From: Okeania sp.
GTDB taxonomy: Bacteria; Cyanobacteriota; Cyanobacteriia; Cyanobacteriales; Microcoleaceae
Direction of reading: 5' to 3'
Assembly (NCBI RefSeq): GCF_035285525.1
Contig: NZ_JAYKGW010000242.1
Location: 1-13,038, forward strand
Length of the DNA stretch: 13,038 nt
The position numbers and the translations under genes are program-made. A model generated the notes under the pieces. That model saw nothing but the letters and a program-made list of their open reading frames with translations, was not told where the DNA came from and did no database searches. Below, in pieces: positions 6,761-13,038 of this stretch (its first letter is position 1; every line of letters starts with the position of its first letter).

Positions 6761-6788
6761 GTAGGGACGTTGCATGCAACGTCCCTAC
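6761..6788. repeat. Perfect 28-bp palindrome GTAGGGACGTTGCA|TGCAACGTCCCTAC, 8 nt after the MBL gene stop
   Basis: The sequence is its own exact reverse complement. A related copy is at 1582-1602. It could act as a hairpin at the 3' end of the transcript, but no U-tract follows. Confidence 0.9.
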
Positions 6789-6821
6789 AGAGTCAAGAGA
6801 AATAAGGAGTTGTACGCAAAG

Positions 6822-6870
6822 AAACCGGGTTTCTGGGTTCCCCTCAGGAAAAACCGGGTTTCTGGGTTCC
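6822..6870. repeat. Two identical 20-nt copies of AAACCGGGTTTCTGGGTTCC (6822-6841 and 6851-6870)
   Basis: Read directly. A third copy (19 of 20) is at 9121-9140. The unit contains the near-palindrome GAAACCgGGTTTC. Confidence 0.9.
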
Positions 6871-6929
6871 TCTGCGCCACTCCTGATATAGTTAGATTTT
6901 ATTGTTCTACAAAAAACGTTTAACAAAAA

Positions 6930-7625
6930 ATGTATCTATTAATTCCTGCTGCTGGTATGGGACGACGCATGGGAAGCTCCCGAAATAAACTTTTGTTGAC
7001 TCTTTTGGGTAAGTCTCTGTTGAGTTGGACTCTTGAGGCAGCTGTAAAATCTGATCATATTAGTTGGATCGGTATTATTGGACAACCTCTTGATTTTTTG
7101 GATTTTCACAAAATTATTTTAGATTTGTCTGCTGACAAACATATAGAACTAATTCAGGGAGGAGAAACTCGTCAGGAGTCTGTTTATAATGGTTTACAGG
7201 CTTTACCTTCGGCAGCAGAACGAGTATTAATTCACGATGGGGCGAGGTGTTTAGCGACTCCTGAACTTTTGGACAGGTGTGCGGAGGAGATTCTGAAGTG
7301 TCCTGGTTTAATTGCTGCTGTGCGAGTTAAGGACACAATTAAGGTAGTTGCTGCATCGGGTGTAATTCAGGATACACCAGATCGTCGCAATTTGTGGGCA
7401 GCTCAGACACCCCAGGGTTTTGAAGTGAAATTATTGAAGGAATGCCATGAAAAGGGGCGTGAGTTAGGTTGGGAAGTTACTGATGATGCTGCTTTATTTG
7501 AAAAATGTGGTTTACCTGTAAAAATTGTGGAGGGAGAAGAGACTAATTTAAAGGTGACAACTCCTGTAGATTTGAAGGTAGCAGAATTTATTTTAATGAA
7601 TTTATATGAGAAAAGTAAGAAATAG
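6930..7625 (+). CDS. ispD: 2-C-methyl-D-erythritol 4-phosphate cytidylyltransferase (MEP pathway)
   Basis: Motifs LIPAAGMGRRMG, GGETRQESV, IHDGARC, AAQTPQGF, TDDAALFE, VEGEETNLKVTTPVDLKVAEF. These are collinear with E. coli IspD as I recall it. Confidence 0.92.
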   Translation: MYLLIPAAGMGRRMGSSRNKLLLTLLGKSLLSWTLEAAVKSDHISWIGIIGQPLDFLDFHKIILDLSADKHIELIQGGETRQESVYNGLQALPSAAERVLIHDGARCLATPELLDRCAEEILKCPGLIAAVRVKDTIKVVAASGVIQDTPDRRNLWAAQTPQGFEVKLLKECHEKGRELGWEVTDDAALFEKCGLPVKIVEGEETNLKVTTPVDLKVAEFILMNLYEKSKK

Positions 7626-7648
7626 AAAAAAGGTGATAGGTTGTGAGG

Positions 7649-7667
7649 GGGTTTGGAGACCAAACCC
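7649..7667 (+). terminator. Hairpin GGGTTTGG-aga-CCAAACCC followed by AATTTTT; candidate ispD terminator and member of a dispersed repeat family
   Basis: 8-bp GC-rich stem 24 nt after the ispD stop. A T5 run at 7674-7678 begins 6 nt after the stem. Related copies at 8983-8999 and a half copy at 1410-1428. Confidence 0.4.
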
Positions 7668-7721
7668 GTACAATTTTTGTTAGTTCTACATTGTCATTCT
7701 GTTGGCGATACAACATGGTAG

Positions 7722-7740
7722 TGGGAGCATCTTGCTCCCA
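7722..7740. terminator. Hairpin TGGGAGC-atctt-GCTCCCA between the convergent ispD and transporter genes
   Basis: 7-bp stem, 5-nt loop. A T-rich stretch follows on the plus strand only after about 10 nt, and there is no U-run for the minus strand. Confidence 0.3.
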
Positions 7741-7757
7741 TGCCAAATATTTCTTTT

Positions 7758-7786
7758 ACTGATAACTGATAACTGATAACTGAAAT
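7758..7786. repeat. Second copy of ACTGATAACTGATAACTGATAACTGAAAT
   Basis: Identical to 5140-5168. Confidence 0.95.
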
Positions 7787-7810
7787 GACTCCCTACTCCC
7801 TAGACTTTAA

Positions 7811-8866
7811 TTAAAAACCTTTAAATCCTAAACCTATTTCTCTTTGTTGAGGATGAGTTTTTTCAGGAACTTTATTAATGCTAATTTCATGTTGATTTCC
7901 TAATTGACTTAATATAATTCCTGCTAAAATAACAGCCCCCCCAATATAGTGAGCAATTGTCGGTATTTCTCCTAAAATTAAATAAGCTGCTATAACTCCA
8001 GCAATAGGATTTAATGCACTAGCAATAGAAGCATCAGAATTGGTGGTTTTGCTTAATCCTTTTAGCCAAAGAATTTGACCAACAACTACAATAATTGCAC
8101 TATAAACTAACATCCATTGCCATAAAAAAGGCGATACTAATTCCATAAAGTGACTACTTCCATAAAAATATATTGCTGCAAAAAAGAAGATAAAACCGCC
8201 AAAACCATTACGAACAATATTAAATAATCCTACTGGGATTCGGTGCAAACGTGCTTTACTAATAGTATTAGAAATTGCCGTAGCGATCGCTGCTATTGCT
8301 GCTAAAATTTCTCCTGAATTAATAGTTATCATATTAGTAGCTGAAGTTGAATTTGAATTATCTCCTAAACTTTGTAAAACTATAATTAAAATAACTCCAG
8401 CAAAGGAAATAATTGCGCCTATAATTTTCCATTTATTAACTCTTTCTCCTAATAACCAAATAGCTAATGCTATGGTTAAAGGAGGTTCAATACGTCCGAT
8501 TAAGATAACATTATTAACCATTGTGCGGGAAAGTGCTTCAAATGAAGCAGCAGGAGAAAAAGCTCCGGCTAGAAATGCAACTGTTAACATGGTAGCCCAA
8601 TCTTGTTGAGAAAGTTGTTTAAATTGATTTAGGTTTAGTTGTTTTCTGTAGATAATAATTAATATTAATAATGCGCAGATATTTCCCACAAATAATACAT
8701 TACAAAAAGAAATGGGATTTTCTCCAGGAAATTTTGTGGCTCCAATTTCGGTTAATTGTTTGGTAATGGAGTTGGATGCGCCAAATATAATGATTGCTAA
8801 TAATAGGTAAATTTGTCCGGGAATTTTTTTTGAAAGTTTAGATATATTTGTGATTATTTGGTTCAT
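7811..8866 (-). CDS. DMT superfamily / EamA-type integral membrane transporter, 351 aa
   Basis: About 10 hydrophobic segments in two halves. Typical EamA features (FGASNSITK..., LGERVNKWKIIGAIISFAGVILI, LILGEIPTIAHYIGGAVILAGIIL). Confidence 0.8.
   Translation of the reverse strand: MNQIITNISKLSKKIPGQIYLLLAIIIFGASNSITKQLTEIGATKFPGENPISFCNVLFVGNICALLILIIIYRKQLNLNQFKQLSQQDWATMLTVAFLAGAFSPAASFEALSRTMVNNVILIGRIEPPLTIALAIWLLGERVNKWKIIGAIISFAGVILIIVLQSLGDNSNSTSATNMITINSGEILAAIAAIATAISNTISKARLHRIPVGLFNIVRNGFGGFIFFFAAIYFYGSSHFMELVSPFLWQWMLVYSAIIVVVGQILWLKGLSKTTNSDASIASALNPIAGVIAAYLILGEIPTIAHYIGGAVILAGIILSQLGNQHEISINKVPEKTHPQQREIGLGFKGF
8283..8290. repeat. HIP1 octamer GCGATCGC (inside the transporter gene)
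   Basis: Exact match read directly. Confidence 0.95.
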
Positions 8867-8872
8867 TTTTAA

Positions 8873-8893
8873 GAAGGAAGAAGGAAGAAGGAA
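8873..8893. repeat. STRR-like heptamers (GAAGGAA) x3, 7 nt upstream of the transporter ATG
   Basis: Read directly. On the mRNA this reads (UUCCUUC)3 UUAAAA AUG. Confidence 0.9.
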
Positions 8894-8982
8894 AAAGTAA
8901 GAAGATAAGAAGAAAATATAGGAAAAAAAAGAGCAATTTGTGCTATGAAAATCAGAAATGAGATGTGATAAAAAACTGTAGG

Positions 8983-8999
8983 GGTTTGGTCTCCAAACC
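8983..8999. repeat. Hairpin repeat GGTTTGG-tct-CCAAACC within TGTAGGGGTTTGGTCTCCAAACCGTAGC
   Basis: Same family as 7649-7667 and 1410-1428. Confidence 0.8.
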
Positions 9000-9050
9000 G
9001 TAGCTCAGATTAATATTCGAGACTAAATCTTTACGATAAAACATTACAAC

Positions 9051-9157
9051 TTCAGGACTTACACGGGAGGGAGCCGATTTCTAGGGTAAATCATTGTTTT
9101 TGACAATAAATATCCAGAAGAAACCGGGTTTCTGGGTTCTCCTGCGTAAGTCCTGAA
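9051..9157. mobile_element. MITE-like 107-bp unit bounded by 12-bp terminal inverted repeats TTCAGGACTTAC / GTAAGTCCTGAA, with a GAAACCGGGTTTCTGGGTTC core
   Basis: The arms at 9051-9062 and 9146-9157 are exact reverse complements. A degenerate relative at about 6806-6886 has arms AGGAGTTGTACGCA / TGCGCCACTCCT. No target-site duplication and no transposase were seen. Confidence 0.35.
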
Positions 9158-9278
9158 CTTATCAAAAATCACAACTGATTACTATATCTATGCTTATATA
9201 ATTTCCGGATAATCAGTGATCAAAAAAACCTTTTCCCATAATTATAATTACCTTTTGTTTCTTTCTGCCTTCTTTCTA

Positions 9279-9815
9279 CTAAAGTTTCCAAGAGTGATGA
9301 CAAGTCCAAGAGTTATTAGGATGACGTTCATAAAATCGTAATTCCCATGATACTTCTGCTTGAGGATTGATATTTTTTTTGGCTATTTCGGCAAGAATTT
9401 GTTGTTGTTCTGATGGAAATTTGTAGGCTAAACTAAGGTGTAAATTGTTCTTGAGACGTAAGTGATTTGTACGAGTTGGTGATTTGGCAATATTAGTAAA
9501 TTTAGCAATCATTTTTTCGAGCCAAATTGATTCTATGTTTAGATAATGAAAATTTTCTTTTAGTTCCATATTAACTATAATAATTGGTTGAATGGGACGG
9601 ATTAGTAAAGCATTTTGCCAGGCAATATCTAAAGCTTGAATATAAATTGGAATTGCTGTTAGTTCATCCTCAAAAAAACCAGTTAAGGTACAATGAGGCA
9701 TATATTTATGAGCAGCATTTTTACCACATTCTCTACGAGTAGTAGTGAAATATTCTTTTAGTTGATGATTAAGTTGACCTAGTGGACAAGCGTATACAAT
9801 AAATTCTTTTAGCAT
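9279..9815 (-). CDS. 2H phosphoesterase superfamily protein (LigT / cyclic phosphodiesterase-like), 178 aa
   Basis: Two H-x-(T/S)-x motifs at the expected spacing: HCTLTG near residue 41 and HLSLAY near residue 126. Confidence 0.7.
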   Translation of the reverse strand: MLKEFIVYACPLGQLNHQLKEYFTTTRRECGKNAAHKYMPHCTLTGFFEDELTAIPIYIQALDIAWQNALLIRPIQPIIIVNMELKENFHYLNIESIWLEKMIAKFTNIAKSPTRTNHLRLKNNLHLSLAYKFPSEQQQILAEIAKKNINPQAEVSWELRFYERHPNNSWTCHHSWKL

Positions 9816-9831
9816 CGGATTAGATTTTTAA

Positions 9832-9847
9832 GGAAGAAGGAAGAAAG
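9832..9847. repeat. Heptamers (GGAAGAA) x2, 16 nt upstream of the 2H phosphoesterase ATG
   Basis: Read directly. Same purine-rich family as 8873-8893, with the same following TTAAAAA on the mRNA strand. Confidence 0.85.
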
Positions 9848-10039
9848 AATCAGGAACAAGGTAAGTATTCAACTGTGAGCTACTAAGTTATTAACTTCAG
9901 AAATGTTGAGCAGGAGAAATTAATCTTCAAAAAGTGAAATATAAATCAAAAGATCGTCAGCTAATTTTAATCATTTCTGTAGATTTGTTGCACTATTAGC
10001 TGACTACTAATAGCTGAATAATTACTAAGCAAACCTTAA

Positions 10040-11290
10040 TCATAAATCAGATTCATAAGATTTAATTTCATCATCAGGCCGTGGAGGATTTTGTAAATAT
10101 CGCCTAACTAAAGCTAGAACTTTTTTGGGTTCAATAGGTTTAGTTAAATACCCTGTAGCTCCTACCATTTTAGCTCGAACTCTATCTACAACTCCATCAT
10201 TTCCTGTTAATATAACTATTGGTGTATTTTCAAACATAGGTACTCGTCGAAGTTGAGTACAAATTTCATAACCATTAGCGATTGGCATCATTAAATCTAA
10301 GAAAATTAAATCTGGTTTAGCTTCAATAATTGTAACTAATGCTTTAATAGAATCATTAACTGCAATAAATCTATAACCCCCTTTATTCATTGTTTTTCCT
10401 AATAAATAGCAAATCTCTTTACTATCATCTACACAAGCAATTAATGCTGGAGTTTTAGTAGCAGATGTTTCTGTATCAATATCTGGACTTAATCCCGGAC
10501 TTCCTACTAAACGTTTTTTATCTGGAACTTCCTGGAACTCAATTAATTTATTTTTAACATAAGGCATTAGAAATAAAGTTAATTGGCGCAAATCTTTGTT
10601 TACTAAAGCAGCGGTTTCTCGAAGTGAATTTTTGCCATCAACTAATTTAGTAATTATATTGTAATTGTTATCCTTTGCTACTTTTTTTAATTTTTCAAGT
10701 TTTGTAATTTTAGGAACTAGGTTAGGAGAATATGCTGCTAAATTAGACTTTTTCCACTCTAGCCATAACTGATTAACGGCAGGAAGAATAGTGTCTAAAC
10801 TAATAACTGCTGACATTAAAGTTGAAGATTTATCTAAGCCTGTATCAGATAAATTATAAGTTAATTTATGTTGTGATTCTTCCTGGAAAATATCAAATAA
10901 AACTTCTTTTAAATTTCCTACTACTACTGCTTTGATTTGCTGAGTAGTTAATGATTTTTGAGAAGAATTTAATGATTTTCTTCTGTATAAAACAGACATA
11001 ATATGATAGTAATAACAAATAGGATAATCTCCTTCTCTGAACTTAATTTTATCTAGAGAAATATTGGAACAAAATTGATTCCATATTTTGTGAAATCGCC
11101 GATTATCATGTTCACCACCTAGAGCCCAGATCAAACGGCCTATACAGAAAAATAGCGTCCAATTTTGACGAGAACTTTTTACTTCTAACTTGCCTGTAAA
11201 TTGATTTGGCAGTTCATTGAGGAGTAAGTGAAAAAGTTTATTTTTGCTATTTACATTAGTGTTCATTTTTTTATACCAATTGCATTGCAT
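10040..11290 (-). CDS. PatA-type response regulator: N-terminal PATAN (DUF4388-like) domain plus C-terminal CheY-like receiver, 416 aa
   Basis: Receiver domain with all conserved positions: VDDS, the phospho-acceptor Asp in IFLDLMMP, ILTGND, YLTKP. The N-terminus has the PATAN-like motif FTGKLEV....NWTLFFCIGRLIWALGG. The start could instead be the second ATG at 11264-11266 (MNTNV...). Confidence 0.8.
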   Translation of the reverse strand: MQCNWYKKMNTNVNSKNKLFHLLLNELPNQFTGKLEVKSSRQNWTLFFCIGRLIWALGGEHDNRRFHKIWNQFCSNISLDKIKFREGDYPICYYYHIMSVLYRRKSLNSSQKSLTTQQIKAVVVGNLKEVLFDIFQEESQHKLTYNLSDTGLDKSSTLMSAVISLDTILPAVNQLWLEWKKSNLAAYSPNLVPKITKLEKLKKVAKDNNYNIITKLVDGKNSLRETAALVNKDLRQLTLFLMPYVKNKLIEFQEVPDKKRLVGSPGLSPDIDTETSATKTPALIACVDDSKEICYLLGKTMNKGGYRFIAVNDSIKALVTIIEAKPDLIFLDLMMPIANGYEICTQLRRVPMFENTPIVILTGNDGVVDRVRAKMVGATGYLTKPIEPKKVLALVRRYLQNPPRPDDEIKSYESDL

Positions 11291-11355
11291 ACATATAGTA
11301 AATTAAAGAGAAAAAAGATGACACTCTGAAGACTTATCCACAAACTCGGTTTATA

Positions 11356-11383
11356 AGCATTCAGCACTTAGCATTCAGCACTC
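11356..11383. repeat. Tandem 14-mer AGCATTCAGCACT(T/C) x2
   Basis: Read directly. Confidence 0.85.
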
Positions 11384-11517
11384 AGCTATTGATTTTATTT
11401 TGAGAAAAAAGATTTATGATACGGTTCCCGATAAATCAGAAAAATTTCTGACTACAAAATTCAGTTTTCACTTTCTTTATTCGTTTAAATATCCTCCTTA
11501 AAACTGAGTTTTTTATT

Positions 11518-11557
11518 GCTGTTAGCGCAGCTCCGACCCAGGAGGATAGCTAACAGC
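11518..11557. repeat. Imperfect stem-loop GCTGTTAGC-gcag-CTCC-gaccca-GGAG-gata-GCTAACAGC
   Basis: The 9-bp outer arms are exact reverse complements, with a 4-bp inner stem. It is followed by the near-direct repeat GCTGTTTGCGCAGC of GCTGTTAGCGCAGC. Confidence 0.7.
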
Positions 11558-12008
11558 TAATAGCTGTTTGCGCAGCATTCCGCCAGAAAAGCTACTTCTT
11601 AGATTTCTCAAAAACATAAGTAAATCAATTATTTTATCTATTTATAATTATTTATTTTATATGATTTATAGTTTTCTGTTTTACCCTGAACAATGAATGT
11701 TAAAAAATATAAATAAAGTGACTTTGTAGTTGCATAATGCAATTTTACCATAAGTCACACTAAACCAAATAATTCTATATAGTTATCCGATTTTATTCAT
11801 GTATAAAATTGTATTGCTTTTAGGGAAAAATGAACGCTTAACTAGGAAAAAGTGATAGTTTTAGTTTTTTTACTTACTTTTTGAGTTGTCACAACCTATA
11901 GGCGGATTGCTATATATAGGCTCAAAATTACTGACAAAATCAAGTGAGATATGTTAAAGAAATTCCTAAAAAAAAATCTGAGCATAGCCAGGATCGTATT
12001 TAGATGAG

Positions 12009-12164
12009 ATGGCCAAAATCTATGGTGTTGACCAGGGACTTACAGCACTTCCCGTTGTCAGAAAAGCGCTGTATTATGGTGACTCTGACGGGCAAGAGGC
12101 TTGTGTTACAATGGTTTTACGAACTTCATACTACTTGCAATCTGCTATAACTTTTGACTTCTGA
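12009..12164 (+). CDS. Candidate small ORF, 51 aa (MAKIYGVDQGLTALPVVRKALYYGDSDGQEACVTMVLRTSYYLQSAITFDF), unknown function
   Basis: It sits in the only visibly GC-richer island of a 939-bp AT-rich region without an ORF in the supplied track. Amino-acid composition is balanced, and it ends 65 nt before the GAF gene ATG. No clear SD, no recognised family, and too short for the supplied track. Confidence 0.35.
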   Translation: MAKIYGVDQGLTALPVVRKALYYGDSDGQEACVTMVLRTSYYLQSAITFDF

Positions 12165-12229
12165 GTTTTAGCTTATGCTTTGGCCCCAAACTTGAAAATG
12201 ATATATTACTGTAGTCAACAAATTACAAT

Positions 12230-13038
12230 ATGTCTCAACCAAACACACAATATCAAACAGCATTAGCAGAGGCTATTACTCGTATTCCTACCTCTCAAGA
12301 CCAAGAAACTCTTTTTAAAAGTCAAATTACAGAATTACGAAAGTTACTCCAGGTAGACCGTGTGGCCATATTGCGTTTCTATCATCAATTAGATGGAGCA
12401 GGGCAATTTATTTGTGAAGATGTAGCGGATGGTTGGAAATCCTTATTAAACCTGAAAGTTGAAAATAACTTTTTTCCGAATTATCAAAAAGAAAGTATTC
12501 ATGCAGTGACAGATATTGATGAGATTCAACTAACTGAAACTTATGGCAAAATCTTACAAGAATTTCAAGTAAAAGCTGATTTAGTTGCTCCTATTTTTAA
12601 ACAAAATCAGACCACAGAAACAACTGTACCGGAACTTTGGGGGTTCCTTTGCATTCATCAATGTAGTAGCTCTAGACAATGGCAAGATTTAGAAATTGAA
12701 TATGTGGAAAAAACAGCTACAAACTTGGCAGTAATTATTAGAAATACACAACTTTTAGAAGCAGCACAATATCAAGTAGAACAACAAAAAACTCTAGCAA
12801 GGGTAATTAAAAGAATTCGTGGTTCTCTAGATTCAGAAGAAATTTTTCAGGTGACAGCTACAGAAGTACGTCACCTATTGCAAGCAGACCGAGTTGCGGT
12901 ATTTCGTTTCTATCCAGAAAGAGACTGGGAAGGAGAATTTGTTTCTGAGGATTTGGGAGCAGAATGGGAGTCAGCGCTAGCAGCGAAAGTGTATGACTAT
13001 TGTTTTGGAGAACAATTTGCTCCTGAGTATCAAGCAGG
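12230..13038 (+). CDS. Multi-GAF sensor protein, N-terminal part only (runs off the window end); possible cyanobacteriochrome-type second GAF
   Basis: I translated 12230-13038 by hand and found no stop. An in-frame TAG at 12212-12214 makes 12230 the first ATG. GAF1 motifs: VDRVAILRFY, QVKADLVAPIF, LWGFLCIHQCSSSRQWQ. GAF2 begins with ADRVAVFRFYPERDWEGEFVSE ... VYDYCFGEQFAPEYQAG. The output domain is outside the window. Confidence 0.85.
   Translation, partial: MSQPNTQYQTALAEAITRIPTSQDQETLFKSQITELRKLLQVDRVAILRFYHQLDGAGQFICEDVADGWKSLLNLKVENNFFPNYQKESIHAVTDIDEIQLTETYGKILQEFQVKADLVAPIFKQNQTTETTVPELWGFLCIHQCSSSRQWQDLEIEYVEKTATNLAVIIRNTQLLEAAQYQVEQQKTLARVIKRIRGSLDSEEIFQVTATEVRHLLQADRVAVFRFYPERDWEGEFVSEDLGAEWESALAAKVYDYCFGEQFAPEYQA

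Noticed and set aside
7403-7663. 86-aa minus-strand ORF
   Set aside because: It is antisense to the 3' end of ispD, which is confidently coding. It is a typical shadow ORF.
9001-9008. TAGCTCAG, resembling a tRNA D-loop
   Set aside because: No acceptor stem, anticodon arm or GTTCGAAT-type T-loop can be built around it. It is the flank of the GGTTTGG hairpin repeat.
12003-12152. Alternative-frame sORF MRWPKSMVLTRDLQHFPLSEKRCIMVTLTGKRLVLQWFYELHTTCNLL overlapping the candidate sORF
   Set aside because: It covers the same GC-richer island, but its composition is less protein-like than the MAKIYGVDQG frame. At most one of the two can be real, and I favoured the other.
1-13038. A defence island or other novel multi-gene system (toxin-antitoxin, restriction-modification, retron, CBASS-like and similar)
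   Set aside because: Every ORF over 100 aa has an ordinary assignment: light harvesting, MEP pathway, transporter, phosphoesterase or signalling. None shows nuclease/ATPase/NTase-type defence signatures, and there are no integrase or transposase genes.

Overview
AT-rich cyanobacterial chromosomal window, probably from a filamentous Nostocales-type organism. Support for that: four HIP1 GCGATCGC octamers, many heptameric STRR-like tandem tracts, phycobilisome genes and a PatA-type response regulator. The left third (361-4684, minus strand) is a phycoerythrin accessory operon in the order cpeC, cpeD-like linker, cpeS, cpeT, cpeR-like. This matches the Fremyella diplosiphon cpeCDESTR layout except that only two linker genes are present, and the intergenic gaps are packed with repeats. 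The middle carries housekeeping-type genes: a beta-CASP/MBL-fold hydrolase with a Cys-rich tail and ispD on the plus strand, then an EamA/DMT transporter and a 2H phosphoesterase on the minus strand. The right end has a PatA-type (PATAN + receiver) response regulator. It is divergent from a multi-GAF sensor gene that runs off the window and is missing from the ORF track because it has no stop. The second GAF domain carries a D-x-C-F motif. The two genes are separated by a 939-bp region with no ORF in the supplied track, which contains one coding-looking 51-codon sORF. I see no CRISPR array, transposase, rRNA/tRNA, defence island or clearly novel multi-gene system. The notable material is the repeat-mosaic architecture of the cpe operon, several small dispersed palindromic or MITE-like repeat families, and the response regulator / GAF sensor / sORF locus. 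All protein family calls come from motif recognition by eye, not from searches.
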